Notes under the pieces: model-generated
The model's database searches: none
Seen by the model: only the letters and a program-made list of their open reading frames with translations
Told to the model about the DNA's origin: nothing
Source: an uncultured cyanobacterium
GTDB taxonomy: Bacteria > Cyanobacteriota > Cyanobacteriia > Cyanobacteriales > CAWCAG01
Assembly: GCA_963803805.1 (NCBI GenBank)
Contig: CAWDOD010000011.1
Span: forward strand, 512,001-576,000
DNA: 64,000 nt
Direction of reading: 5' to 3'
In this document: in pieces, positions 37,898-48,606 of the stretch
Layout of the letters: each line of letters opens with the position of its first letter
Position numbering within the stretch: position 1 is the stretch's first letter
Made by a program: the position numbers and the translations under genes

Positions 37898-39225
37898 CTG
37901 GTTGACTGACAAAACTTATGTTGTTGGATAAGAGTAAGTCTGCACCTGGAACTCAAATTGATAGAGTCGTTTTTGGTGCTGCTTTCGTGAAGCCATAGCA
38001 GGTGAGGGGTCTTGGTTTGTCCTAAAGCAAACCCTATCAATAAGTTTCCATCCTTGAATTAATGCTCCTTTAACCCAATCCCAACCAATACGAAGATAGC
38101 TGTTGCCACGAAACCAATGAGTATCAACCCATCTTCGCTTTCGGGACTCGACAACCTCAACCCCTTGTGCGCTGAGATAGAGGGTAGCCACAGCTAAAAT
38201 AAAAAATAACCTGGACAAGGCACAGACATTTCTGATTGATGAGCGTTGAATATTCCATGCTTGAGACTGGTCATCAAGAAAGTTTTCTTCAATATCAAAG
38301 CGTAACCCATATTCAGCAAAAGTCTGTAGAGTTGTTTTTTCATCACTGACGATAGCCCAAAACTCGCCATTAACGTTATTACGACCCACAATGACATTGA
38401 TTAGTTGGGATTGGGAGTGTTTATATAGCCTGACATGATGTAAACAAAGTGCCTCTCCTCGATTAAAGTGGAAATGCTTGAGTTGACACCAACCTTTACC
38501 TCCTCGAAATATCCAGCTATTACTTTTGAGCCTGATTCGGTAATGCCATCCCAGTTGGTTGGTTAACATTTCCATCAACTCACTATGAACAAATCCTCTA
38601 TCTGCCAAGAGTATTACCTTTAACCCTGCCGGTAATCTTGTCTTTGCTTGTTGAAGTATTTCTTGATAATCTTGGAAAGACACACTCGCACTTTTGTGTT
38701 TCATCACTCGCCACACGATTGGTAATGCTCTCCCCCGATGAATGACACATAAGCGCACCAAGCAGTATTCTTCCCAAAACATTGATGTATCCAATCCCAA
38801 ATACATTTTCTGCTCTTCCCAGTCAGCTAGTGCTGCTGTGATTAGAGGTTTATAGAGCCTATGTATATTGATTCGAGGATTATTCAACCATCTTTGAACA
38901 CGCCTTTGCTTACTTTGAGCATATAACCCTCGACAAGGTATATAAACAGACCATTTAGTTAGATTCACGCTACCTGTATGGACTAAGGCAAATATTATCC
39001 AGATGCAAGTTTTTAGATGTGTTTGATGTTTCCAATTACTACCTTGACCCAGCCATGATTTCAAGGCACTGTAAAGAGGGGAGTTCTTTTTCATCGTATT
39101 GCGAAAGATTTGAGTGGTTTCTTCTCTTTCACAATCGGAGGCTCCCCTCCTCTTTGTCAACTCCCTCAATCTCTTTCTCTTTCTTCCGTTTCCTCTCTCC
39201 CTACCATCTTTTGTCAGTCAACCAG
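37898..39225 (-). mobile_element. IS4-like insertion sequence, copy 1 (1328 bp, 17-bp terminal IR CTGGTTGACTGACAAAA)
   Basis: Terminal IRs read directly; same length and same transposase translation as the inverted copy at 54540-55867; no target duplication visible. Confidence 0.93.
37916..39094 (-). CDS. DDE transposase (IS4-like)
   Basis: LGLDTS, LADRGF, YGLRFDIEE; ATG of MKKNSPLY preferred over the upstream TTG at 39169. Confidence 0.9.
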   Translation of the reverse strand: MKKNSPLYSALKSWLGQGSNWKHQTHLKTCIWIIFALVHTGSVNLTKWSVYIPCRGLYAQSKQRRVQRWLNNPRINIHRLYKPLITAALADWEEQKMYLGLDTSMFWEEYCLVRLCVIHRGRALPIVWRVMKHKSASVSFQDYQEILQQAKTRLPAGLKVILLADRGFVHSELMEMLTNQLGWHYRIRLKSNSWIFRGGKGWCQLKHFHFNRGEALCLHHVRLYKHSQSQLINVIVGRNNVNGEFWAIVSDEKTTLQTFAEYGLRFDIEENFLDDQSQAWNIQRSSIRNVCALSRLFFILAVATLYLSAQGVEVVESRKRRWVDTHWFRGNSYLRIGWDWVKGALIQGWKLIDRVCFRTNQDPSPAMASRKQHQKRLYQFEFQVQTYSYPTT

Positions 39226-40813
39226 GGCTGGCACAGTGAGTTTTAGCCCTGATGGGGATATATTGGCTTCCGGTCACTATGGCGGCATAATTAAGTTGTG
39301 GAACACAGAAACAGGAGAACAAATTCGCATCTTCGACAACAGATCAAATTATAGTGAAAGAGAGATTGTGGATTTTAGCCCTGACGGTAACATAGTAGTT
39401 TCTGGTAATGCCAGCGGTGGTATAACTTGGTGGAGTGTGGAGAAAGGAGAAGAGATACACTCCGATATCCGTAGCGGTCATGATGGCGGCAACCCTGTCT
39501 CCAGCGTAGAGTTTAGTCCTGATGGAAATATATTAGCTTCTGGTGGTGAAGATGGAACTATCAAACTATGGAGTGTAGGAACAGGAAACGAAATTATCAC
39601 CCTCCGGGGTCATGATGATGTTGTACATAGCATCAGTTTTAGTCCTCATGGAAAGGTATTAGCTTCTAGCAGTAACGATGGAACTATCAAATTGTGGAAT
39701 TTAGAGAAAGGAAGAGGAATCGATATTATTGGCAGGGGTAACGAATCTAGAATTACAGAAAGTTTTAATCTTGATGGTAATGTGTTGGCTCTTGTTAGTA
39801 ATGACGGAACTGTCATGCTATGGAACGTGGAGACAGGAGAAGAAATTATCACTATTCCAGTATACTTTTATACTGTCGATGGCGTAAAGTATTTGTTCAA
39901 GGTGCGTAGTGTAATTTTTAGCAACGAGGCTAAAGTATTAGCTCTTATTCATGATGACCAGGCTGTTAAATTATGGGATGTAGAGAAAGGAGAGGAATTT
40001 TCCACCATCCCACAGCATACTTACACTTCCAACAATGAAACTTATATTGCCAATTTCGGGAGCGCAGCTTTTAGCCATGATGGGAAGATATTATCCCTCA
40101 AATACAGCGACGGTACGATTAAGCGATGGGATATAGAGAAAGGAGAAGAAGTAAAGACTTTCCAAGGTAATGAGGATTACAGGAATCTAAGCTTTAATTC
40201 AGATGGAAGATTACTAACTTTTTCCATTAGTGAGAACAATATTATTACGTTATGGGATGCAGAGAAAGGAGAACAAATTACAACTTTCCAGAGAGGTAGA
40301 GGCAGTTTAGAGCATGTAGATTTTAATTCAGATGGAGAGTTATTAGCATATTTTGTTGATGAAGATAGCAATATTACGCTATGGGATATAGAGAAAGGAG
40401 AACAAATTAGCACTTTCCCAATAAACGAATACTACAACGTCAGTTATGGCAGCTCAGCCGGGGAAGTATCAGCTAAATTTAGTTTAGATGGAACAATGTT
40501 AACAGCGTTTACAGGTCAAGATTATACAAGTACAACCTTCAGACTCTGGGACATAGTGGGAGAGGAAGAAATCTTTACTCTTCAATTTGCATGGTATGAC
40601 ATGAACCTATATTCCAGACCCAATGATATATTTCTTACTAATAAGGAATTATTGGTATTTGATTTTGGCCAAGGGATTCTCCAATTTAGGCATACGAACT
40701 TGAACTTTTTAATAAAACGCAGTTGCGATCGCATCCGCAATTACTTAAAGTACAACCCCAACGTTAAAGAAGAAGATAAACGCTTGTGTGATGGTATTGG
40801 TATGGCAGATTAG
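39226..40813 (+). pseudogene. WD40-repeat protein, 5'-truncated by IS
   Basis: Many FSPDG..LAS...IKLW repeats begin mid-repeat at the IS end; C-terminus CDRIRNYLKYNP...LCD. Confidence 0.88.
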
Positions 40814-40871
40814 AGAAGGAAATTTCTCACGAAACGCTATACTCATCCGTGAGTGCAACTAAATCACAACC

Positions 40872-41288
40872 ATGCCAGCCAAAGACATCTATCATCACCA
40901 ACTCAAAAATGCTCTGATTAAAGATGGCTGGACAATTACCGATGACCCCTTAATTTTATCCATCGGTAAAAAGGATTTATTTGTTGACTTAGGAGCAGAA
41001 AAAATAATTGCTGCGGAAAAAAATAATCGCAAGATTGCGGCGGAAATCAAAAGCTTCGTTGGTAGATCGCAAATTAATGACTTAGAAAATGCTGTAGGTC
41101 AATATATGGTTTACCATCAGGTTTTATTGGAAACTAAAAGTGAGCGAGTTTTATATTTAGCGATTAGGCAATCATCTTATCAAGAAGTATTTGAAGAAAC
41201 TCTAGGTAAAATATTTTTAAAAAAGAAGCTGATTAACTTAATTGTTTTTGATGAAAACAAGGAGAGTATCTTACAGTGGATAGACTAA
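40872..41288 (+). CDS. xisH: XisH family protein
   Basis: MPAKDIYH, LIKDGWTITDDP, DLGAEK, EIKSF, AVGQY. Confidence 0.92.
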   Translation: MPAKDIYHHQLKNALIKDGWTITDDPLILSIGKKDLFVDLGAEKIIAAEKNNRKIAAEIKSFVGRSQINDLENAVGQYMVYHQVLLETKSERVLYLAIRQSSYQEVFEETLGKIFLKKKLINLIVFDENKESILQWID

Positions 41289-41611
41289 CGGAACTTTATA
41301 ACATCATCTATCCTATTCTCAAGGAATATGCAGACTTGCCCTATGCAGACCGGAATTTAAAACATAAATTAGTCATCAGTGATGATCACAAAGACTATCT
41401 ATTAATGACCATCGGCTGGCGAGATGATGTCAAAATACATGGTTGTGTGGTTCATCTAGAAATTATTGACCAGAAGGTGTGGATACATCGGGATGGCTTA
41501 GAAGATGGTATTGCCGATGATTTACTCAGAGCCGGCATCCCTCCAAATCAGATCGTCCTGGCTTTTCATCCTCCCAAAATTAGACACTATACTGAATTTG
41601 CTGTCAATTAA
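41276..41611 (+). CDS. xisI: XisI family protein
   Basis: HGCVVHLEI, KVWIHRDGLEDGIA, GIPPNQIVLAFHPP; overlaps xisH. Confidence 0.92.
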   Translation: MDRLTELYNIIYPILKEYADLPYADRNLKHKLVISDDHKDYLLMTIGWRDDVKIHGCVVHLEIIDQKVWIHRDGLEDGIADDLLRAGIPPNQIVLAFHPPKIRHYTEFAVN

Positions 41612-41615
41612 ATGC

Positions 41616-41670
41616 AAATACAATCGCAACATCAAAGAAGAAGATAAACACTTATGTGACGGTATTGGTA
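41616..41670 (+). repeat. Diverged duplicate of the WD40 gene 3' end (40748-40802)
   Basis: KYNRNIKEEDKHLCDGIG versus KYNPNVKEEDKRLCDGIG, ungapped over 55 bp. Confidence 0.85.
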
Positions 41671-41895
41671 AAAATAAGCAGAAAAAAGTATAAATTAAGG
41701 TTTCCATGAAGAACAAACAGAATTAACCACCTCTTAACAGTGCATCTGTAGCCTCACAAGGAGCCAACCGTAAAGCTGAGTTCGATTTAGAGTTGGAAAT
41801 TTCTCTTGATTTATCGTTTCACTACGGAAGTCCTATAATTGATAATCAGTAACTAACAATTTCCTTTACCTAAAACCCACTACCTAAAATCTAAA

Positions 41896-43248
41896 ATGAC
41901 TCCCCAAAACTACCACATAACTACCTTCGGCTGCCAAATGAACAAAGCCGACTCTGAACGTATGGCTGGTATTTTAGATGAGATGGGTTTAGTACATTCA
42001 GCAGATCCTAACCAAGCGGATTTGATTCTCTACAATACTTGTACCATTCGTGATAATGCCGAACAAAAAGTTTATTCTTATTTAGGTAGGCAAGCTAAAC
42101 GCAAACATCAACAACCTAACTTAACTTTAGTGGTGGCGGGTTGCGTTGCACAACAGGAAGGAGAAAAGTTGTTGCGACGAGTTCCAGAGTTGGATTTAGT
42201 CATGGGGCCGCAACACGCTAATCGTTTAGAAGACTTATTAAACCAAGTCTTTGACGGTAATCAAGTGGTTGCCACTGATCCTATTCATATCGCCGAAGAT
42301 ATCACCAAACCTCGGCGGGATAGTAAGGTGAGTGCTTGGGTGAATGTCATTTATGGTTGCAATGAACGCTGTACTTATTGCGTTGTTCCCAATGTGCGAG
42401 GGATAGAACAATCTCGCACCCCGGAGGCGATTCGGGAGGAGATGGAAGAGTTGGCCAGACAGGGTTATAAAGAAGTTACCCTGTTGGGGCAAAACATTGA
42501 TGCCTATGGTAGAGATTTACCAGGCAGCACCCCAGAAGGTCGTCACCAAAACACCTTGACAGATTTACTCTATTATGTTGCAGATATTCCCGGCATTGAA
42601 CGCATCCGCTTTGCCACCAGCCATCCTCGCTATTTCACAGAAAGATTAATCCGTGCTTGTCAAGAAATTCCCCAAGTTTGCGAACATTTCCACATTCCCT
42701 TTCAATCGGGGGATAATGAGATTCTCAAGGCGATGGCGCGGGGTTATACCCAAGAAAAATATCGCCGCATTATTAATAAGATTAGGGAATGTATGCCCGA
42801 TGCAGCCATTAGCGCTGATGCAATCGTGGCTTTTCCTGGGGAAACAGAGGAACAGTTTAACAATACCCTTAATTTAGTTGCAGACATCGGTTTTGACCAA
42901 CTAAATACAGCAGCCTATTCACCTCGCCCCGGCACTCCTGCGGCTTTGTGGGACAATCAATTAAGCGAGGAGGTAAAGAGCGATCGCCTGCAACGTATTA
43001 ACCGTTTAGTTGAGGTAAAAGCAATCGAGCGATCGCAGCGTTATTTAGGTAGGATTGAAGAAGTTTTAGTCGAAGATATCAACCCCAAAGATCCCAGCCA
43101 AGTAGTGGGGCGTACTAGAGGTAGTCGTTTAACCTTTTGTCAGGGAGATATTGAGGAGTTAAAAGGAAAAACAATTAAGGTGAAAATAACCGATATTAGA
43201 GCCTTTAGTTTAACAGGAGAAAGGGTGCTTGAGAAGGTGAGTGTTTAA
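41896..43248 (+). CDS. miaB: tRNA-2-methylthio-N6-isopentenyladenosine synthase
   Basis: [21 protein letters not shown]-terminal TRAM domain. Confidence 0.96.
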   Translation: MTPQNYHITTFGCQMNKADSERMAGILDEMGLVHSADPNQADLILYNTCTIRDNAEQKVYSYLGRQAKRKHQQPNLTLVVAGCVAQQEGEKLLRRVPELDLVMGPQHANRLEDLLNQVFDGNQVVATDPIHIAEDITKPRRDSKVSAWVNVIYGCNERCTYCVVPNVRGIEQSRTPEAIREEMEELARQGYKEVTLLGQNIDAYGRDLPGSTPEGRHQNTLTDLLYYVADIPGIERIRFATSHPRYFTERLIRACQEIPQVCEHFHIPFQSGDNEILKAMARGYTQEKYRRIINKIRECMPDAAISADAIVAFPGETEEQFNNTLNLVADIGFDQLNTAAYSPRPGTPAALWDNQLSEEVKSDRLQRINRLVEVKAIERSQRYLGRIEEVLVEDINPKDPSQVVGRTRGSRLTFCQGDIEELKGKTIKVKITDIRAFSLTGERVLEKVSV

Positions 43249-43299
43249 GTTTTGAATTTGAGAGTTTTTGTTAATAGAAAAATAACCAGCAAGCTACTT

Positions 43300-43860
43300 T
43301 TATTCAGGAGGTTCAAAAATACAAATAGATTGTGGCTCAATAGGACAAGTTTGATTAATAAGCTTCGGATTTCCCGACAGTCCAAGCGAAGTCAAATTAG
43401 TCAAGGAAGATAGAGGTGTTATATCTTTTATTTGGTTTTCTGCCAGTCCAAGCGAAGTCAAATTAGTTAAGGAAGATAGAGGTGTTATGTCCTCTATTTC
43501 ATTTACCCCCAAGTCAAGCGAAGTCAAATTAGTTAAGGAAGATAGAGGTGTTATGTCCGTTATTCCATTATTCCACAGGAAAAGGTCAGTAAAATTAGTC
43601 AACCGCCTCTGAGCAAGCTGGCAATCTTCAGTTTCAGCTTGTGTTAACAACACTTCAACAGTATGTTGAGCTTCATTAGTTAAACCTTCTTTATTTTCGC
43701 ACCATTCCGCAAAGCTTTCAAACTGCTGCCCTTGAGCCATTGCTTGATGCCCACCACCTCCCACCGTTAGCAATACAATTGCATAGGCAAAGCCCTTAAT
43801 AGACTTCGTGATTATCTCTTCACTCTGTTTAAACCACTGTTTTTGTTTTCTACTAATCAT
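43300..43860 (-). CDS. Secreted internalin-type leucine-rich repeat protein
   Basis: Signal-like N-terminus, SFAEWC cap, three 22-aa (66-bp) DITPLSSLTNLTSL repeats, terminal CP...C. Confidence 0.88.
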   Translation of the reverse strand: MISRKQKQWFKQSEEIITKSIKGFAYAIVLLTVGGGGHQAMAQGQQFESFAEWCENKEGLTNEAQHTVEVLLTQAETEDCQLAQRRLTNFTDLFLWNNGITDITPLSSLTNLTSLDLGVNEIEDITPLSSLTNLTSLGLAENQIKDITPLSSLTNLTSLGLSGNPKLINQTCPIEPQSICIFEPPE

Positions 43861-43941
43861 GGGCTAACTCTTTAACCTGAAGAAATTTTATTATATTTAC
43901 TATGAGTCTTTATTTTGAAATAAAGAAGATGAAACCCGCCC

Positions 43942-45135
43942 CTACTCCTTAACGATTAGCAAATCACCAGCAGAAACACTCCCCTCAACATTACCAATAG
44001 CCAACAAACCATTGCGAGTTTGATATCTTACCAAGCCTTGTTTACCAGGGACACTAAACTTCATCCCTCGTTCAACTTCACCAGGATCGATGCCACCTAA
44101 CCAGAATTTAGCCTGTCTGCCTTCAATTCTGGTTACTATAGCATGGGCTGCTGCTCTGGTGGGGGATGCAAAATAAATTGGTTGTTCTTCGTAACCGCTA
44201 CCTACTTCCACATTCAAAGTGGGAGTTTGTACAAAATCATCGGGAAGGTACTTTGTGATATTTTTTACTACATAAGCAATGGCTTCTTCTGGGTTGGTGT
44301 TTTCTTGCCAAAGATACTGGGTTAAGGCATAGGTGAATGCCCCGGCTGAGAAGCCATTAATCCAAGCATCCGCAGCGAGTTGATTAGGATTAGTTGAGGC
44401 AATAACTACTCCCTTAGCAACCCCTCGGCGATAACCAGCGATGAACTCTTGAGGAGAAATGTTTAATTTACTAAGCAATTGTTCTTGATAAGCTTTTTCT
44501 TCACCAGAAACCAGAGTTTCCTTACCTCCATCACGAGAGCGAATACGAATTTTTCTGTTAGCAGCCCCCGAAAAACAGCTATCTAAAACCGCCGTAAAGT
44601 TTTCTGTAGGTACAGCAGACATGAGTAAGTAGAGAGTATGACCCATAATATCTTTAACTGACCCTGATTGTTCTGGATATCCTGGGGGAAGAGTTGCATC
44701 GATGGGGACGAAAGTGCCGTTTAAATTGCTTTCTTCCTTGCTGAAGTCGGTAACAATGGGGTTAGGGTCAAAAATGCGCGAACCATGGCCAGAATAGTGA
44801 TAAACAGCCACATCCTCCGGTTTAACTTGGTTGATTAAGTATTCTTCAAAAGCCCCTAACATTCCTTTGCGGGTGGCATCTTGATTCAGGAGGAGATGAA
44901 TATCTTTGGGGTTAAAACCAAAGCGGTGAATTAATAATTCTCGCTGCATAAAAACATCGTTGATGCAACCTCTAAGAGGACTTTGGCTATAGTCATTGAT
45001 ACCAACCAAAAGGGCAACTTTACGGGGTGTACTTTGGGCTAAAACTTTACCGTAGCGTTCCCATTTACTTAAGCCCAAAGTGCTTAAGGTTGCCCCAGCC
45101 AATTGCAAGAAATGGCGACGAGATAGTTTACTCAT
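43942..45135 (-). CDS. Caspase-family (C14) protease with Tat signal
   Basis: SRRHFLQ twin-arginine motif; ALLVGINDY, LRGCINDV; dyad YSGHG / LDSC. Confidence 0.9.
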   Translation of the reverse strand: MSKLSRRHFLQLAGATLSTLGLSKWERYGKVLAQSTPRKVALLVGINDYSQSPLRGCINDVFMQRELLIHRFGFNPKDIHLLLNQDATRKGMLGAFEEYLINQVKPEDVAVYHYSGHGSRIFDPNPIVTDFSKEESNLNGTFVPIDATLPPGYPEQSGSVKDIMGHTLYLLMSAVPTENFTAVLDSCFSGAANRKIRIRSRDGGKETLVSGEEKAYQEQLLSKLNISPQEFIAGYRRGVAKGVVIASTNPNQLAADAWINGFSAGAFTYALTQYLWQENTNPEEAIAYVVKNITKYLPDDFVQTPTLNVEVGSGYEEQPIYFASPTRAAAHAIVTRIEGRQAKFWLGGIDPGEVERGMKFSVPGKQGLVRYQTRNGLLAIGNVEGSVSAGDLLIVKE

Positions 45136-45202
45136 ATCTAGATAGATTCTTATCTAATTGGTACTGGTATCTTTTTAATTTAGCCTGCCAATCAACATAA
45201 AA

Positions 45203-45238
45203 AACAGTTCGTTTCAAAAACTGTAACCTAAGTCAATG
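45203..45238 (-). promoter_or_regulatory. Conserved upstream element, copy 1 (68 bp before caspase start)
   Basis: 32/36 identical to 48496-48531. Confidence 0.65.
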
Positions 45239-45319
45239 ATGTCTATGACAAGGGATGGATAGACTTCAAAACTGTCAATGATCCAAAGTGATCATTGTTC
45301 ATTGATAATTAATTATTGT

Positions 45320-48300
45320 TCACTGTTCCCCTTGAATAGTGAAAGCTGCCCAGTAATAAGGATCTTGCCAGTTACTGTCTTTTTGCCACATTTCTAATTG
45401 TGCTTCTCTTAAAGCAGCAGCAGGTTTTAGTTTTTCTTGGTACATTTTTTTGTAGAATGTACTCATCAACTCAGAGGTGGAACGGTCATTAACCGCCCAA
45501 AGACTGACCACAACTCGCTTTGCCCCTGCATACATAAAACCTCTGGTTAAGCTAACTAATCCTTCTCCGGCTAACTCTGACCCTAAGCCAGTTTCGCAGG
45601 CACTCAATACTACTAACTCCGCCGGGAGTTCGAGGTTATAAATAGTATCTAAACGTAACAAAGGGTCTTGTAATTCTCCTTGGGAATTATATACCGACAG
45701 TGCTAAACCAGAAAACTGAGGTACATCTTTGTTGAGACAACCGTGGGTGGAAAAGTGAACGGTTTGATACTGAGAAAGTTGAGGGCTGGTAGCGGTGGCG
45801 AGGGAAGCATCATAGCCAAAAGCTGCAAAGCTTTCATTTTCTGGTACAAGGGCAAGAATGTTTTCTGCTTCAGTGCGGGTATATTGTAGGTTTGGTAGGG
45901 AGAGGCAGACATTTTGGGCTGATCGGGTTAAGTCTCTTAAGTCTACGGTTTGTTGTCCTTCTAGTTCATAAACAGGGTCAGCAAAGACAGCAAGCTGTTT
46001 AGGGGCGAGGGGACGACCTTTGACCTGTTGGCGCAATGCCTCTAAACTGGAAGCAGAAGGGAGAGTGATGATTTCGTGGTTGGCGATTAGGGGCTTTTGA
46101 GCTAGGGAGTTGGGGAGAGGTAGGGCGGCGAAGGGGATGCTTTGTAAGGTTCCGTCGCCGACAATTAAAAGGCGTTTGTTGCCTAATTCCTGAACAGCAG
46201 GTCCAAGAATTATTTTGCTGAGTTGTTTGACTATTTCTGGGTTGTTAATGGTTTCACTGGCCATGTCGTTGCGAAATTTGTTAGCGAGTTGCTCAATTTC
46301 TGCTTGGGGAGGAAGTTCATAACTACTAACTTTGTCTTTACTAACCACCCAAAGATAGCTACCCTGCTCGCTGAGGTGGTATTCTAAGAGGAGGGTATCA
46401 TCATCAAGAACTTGCTCTTGAATTTCTCTAGTTTGTAGGGTAAACTTGGTTGGTTGATTAATGGCAGCATAGGCAGGACTTTGCAAACGAATAGTTGTTT
46501 CTATTTGGTCAAGTTCAGCCACAAGAGAATTGATTTCTTGGTTGAGGTTTGCTTGTTCTTTGGTTCTATAGGAACCTCGCAAAAGCTGGGCTTGCTCTTC
46601 TAATGCAGTAGCAAGTTGCTTAGTTGATGCTTTTTCGGCTTGAACTAGTTTTGGGTCTACTCCTTGGCGAATATCTACCCTAGCTTCTTGGAGTTCGGTG
46701 AGGAGTTGACGGGCGCGGATTCTTTCACTGTAGTAGAGTGCCTGACTATGGTATCCTTGGGAAGAATCTTTTTGGTGCAATTCCATCAGCAGCCTGATTT
46801 GAAAATCATAGTATTCTTCAACAGTTAGGAAAAAGGAAGTTTGCAGCCGGGGAGTAAGAATTTGGTTGCGAAGAAATTCAATATTTTCAATGGCTTGTTC
46901 CATAGACTCAGAGGCAGGGAGGAGATTATTTTGTTCGTATTGCAAGACAGCAATGTTTCTGAGGGTATTAGCTTCTCCGCTACGATTCTTGACTGCACGG
47001 TATAGGGATAATGCCTGGTTGTAATATTCTAAACCTCGCTGCTTTTCTCCTAAATTGTAATAAACAAGCCCAATGTTATTAAGAGTAACCGCTTCCCCAT
47101 CTTGATCCTCCACGGCAAGATACAAAGGTAAGGCTCGATTATAGTATTCTAAGGCTTGTTGCTTCTCTCCTAAATCTGAATAGATACCGCCAAGATTATT
47201 GAGAATACTAGCTTCCCCGCTGCGATTTTCCACAGCTAGGAAAAGAGGTAACGCCTGGTTGTAGTATTCTAATGCCTGCTGCTTTTCTCCTAAAGCGTTG
47301 TAAATACCACCAATGTTGTTGAGGGTGATAGCTTCTCCTTGGCGATCGCCTACAGCCCGACGAAGGGTTAAAGCTTGGTTATAATATGCTAATGCCTGCT
47401 GCTTCTCTCCTAAAATGTCGTAGACACTGCCAATATTGTTGAGGGTAGTAGCTTCTCCTTGGCGATCGCCTACAGCCTGACGAAGGGGTAAAGCCTGGTT
47501 ATAGTATTCTAATGCCTGCTGCTTTTCCCCCAACCCGTCATAGGCAGCACCAATATTATTAAGGGTAGAGGCTTCCCCATCTTGATCCCCTACAGTACGG
47601 AAAATAGGCATTGCTCGATTATAATATTCTAAGGCTTGCTGCTTCTCTCCTAAATCGGAGTAGACACGACCAATGTTATTAAGGATATTGGCTTCTCCGT
47701 TGCGATCGCCGATAGTAAGATAAAGGGATAATGCTTGATTATAGTATTCTAAGGCTTGCTGGTTTTCTCCTAAAGCTTTGTAAGTCAGGCCAATGTTGTT
47801 GAGGGTATCTGCTTCTTTGTCTCGATATTTTAGGGTACGAACAAGGAGCAAAACTTGATTATAGTATTCAAGTGCCTGCTGATTTTCTCCCCAAGCTTTG
47901 TAGATAGAAGCAATGTTATATAGTGCAGCAGCTTTACTATCGTGATCACCTACTGCACTATACAAAGACAATGCTTGTTTATAGTATTCAAGTGCTTGCT
48001 GATTTTCTCCCAAAGCATTATAAGCAAAGCCAATACTGTGGAGAGTAAGTGCTTCTCCATCCTGATCACCTACTGTACGATATAGGGACAATGCTAGGTT
48101 ATAGTATTCAAGTGCTTGCTGGTTTTCTTCTAAAGCATTGTAGGCACGACCTATTCCTAGTAAGATCAGGGCTTGTTGAGATTGATCTCCTTGTTGTTGC
48201 CAAAGTTGAAGGGCTTTCTCCCATTCAATGATACTTTGTCTTAGAGATGCTGTTGTTCCTTCTTGGTAAAGTCGTAATCCTTGTTCATAAGCTTCTTCAG

Positions 48301-48427
48301 CAGCAACAGAACTTTTCTGGGCAATTTCTGTTGGGTATGGGTTTGCAATGACAGTATGAATTGGAGAAGCTAGAGAGAGAAAGAAGGCGAGAAAAGCTTT
48401 CGACTTTGGACTTGAAGATGGAGTCAT
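45320..48427 (-). CDS. TPR-repeat CHAT domain protease
   Basis: About 12 40-aa TPR repeats (GEKQQALEYYNQAL); CHAT dyad HFSTHG / LSAC; VVVSLW; PYYWAAF. Confidence 0.93.
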   Translation of the reverse strand: MTPSSSPKSKAFLAFFLSLASPIHTVIANPYPTEIAQKSSVAAEEAYEQGLRLYQEGTTASLRQSIIEWEKALQLWQQQGDQSQQALILLGIGRAYNALEENQQALEYYNLALSLYRTVGDQDGEALTLHSIGFAYNALGENQQALEYYKQALSLYSAVGDHDSKAAALYNIASIYKAWGENQQALEYYNQVLLLVRTLKYRDKEADTLNNIGLTYKALGENQQALEYYNQALSLYLTIGDRNGEANILNNIGRVYSDLGEKQQALEYYNRAMPIFRTVGDQDGEASTLNNIGAAYDGLGEKQQALEYYNQALPLRQAVGDRQGEATTLNNIGSVYDILGEKQQALAYYNQALTLRRAVGDRQGEAITLNNIGGIYNALGEKQQALEYYNQALPLFLAVENRSGEASILNNLGGIYSDLGEKQQALEYYNRALPLYLAVEDQDGEAVTLNNIGLVYYNLGEKQRGLEYYNQALSLYRAVKNRSGEANTLRNIAVLQYEQNNLLPASESMEQAIENIEFLRNQILTPRLQTSFFLTVEEYYDFQIRLLMELHQKDSSQGYHSQALYYSERIRARQLLTELQEARVDIRQGVDPKLVQAEKASTKQLATALEEQAQLLRGSYRTKEQANLNQEINSLVAELDQIETTIRLQSPAYAAINQPTKFTLQTREIQEQVLDDDTLLLEYHLSEQGSYLWVVSKDKVSSYELPPQAEIEQLANKFRNDMASETINNPEIVKQLSKIILGPAVQELGNKRLLIVGDGTLQSIPFAALPLPNSLAQKPLIANHEIITLPSASSLEALRQQVKGRPLAPKQLAVFADPVYELEGQQTVDLRDLTRSAQNVCLSLPNLQYTRTEAENILALVPENESFAAFGYDASLATATSPQLSQYQTVHFSTHGCLNKDVPQFSGLALSVYNSQGELQDPLLRLDTIYNLELPAELVVLSACETGLGSELAGEGLVSLTRGFMYAGAKRVVVSLWAVNDRSTSELMSTFYKKMYQEKLKPAAALREAQLEMWQKDSNWQDPYYWAAFTIQGEQ

Positions 48428-48495
48428 GGGATGGTAAGAGGCAGTAGATTAATTCACTAGCATATTTCTAAATTTACTTGCCAATTTTAGTAAAG

Positions 48496-48531
48496 AACAG
48501 TTCGTTGCCAAAAATGTAACCTCAGTCAATG
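48496..48531 (-). promoter_or_regulatory. Conserved upstream element, copy 2 (69 bp before CHAT start)
   Basis: 32/36 identical to 45203-45238. Confidence 0.65.
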
Positions 48532-48544
48532 GTCAATCAGATTT

Positions 48545-48606
48545 GTAAGGGCAGGTTTTCGTAAATCTCGGTTGTTGTCTAAAATCTTGATGAAACCCGC
48601 CCCTAC
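48545..48606. repeat. REP-like palindrome (GTAAGGGCAGGTTTT...GAAACCCGCCCCTAC)
   Basis: Inverted ends; the right half recurs at 43931-43945. Confidence 0.65.

Noticed and set aside
39019-39246. ORF MFDVSNYY... and other short ORFs inside the IS copies (38194-38397, 37834-38040, 55368-55571, 55725-55976)
   Set aside because: Alternative or antisense frames of the transposase with no recognisable motifs.
40872-41611. xisHI as marker of an fdxN-type excision element
   Set aside because: No large serine recombinase or interrupted nif/fdx gene; orphan xisHI pairs are common.
47040-48140. 120-bp DNA repeats as DGR template/variable repeats
   Set aside because: They are in-frame TPR repeats, and there is no reverse transcriptase in the window.
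45320-48427. TPR-CHAT as a Craspase (type III-E CRISPR) component
   Set aside because: No cas genes or array in the window; the protein has a signal-like N-terminus and resembles the common cyanobacterial type.
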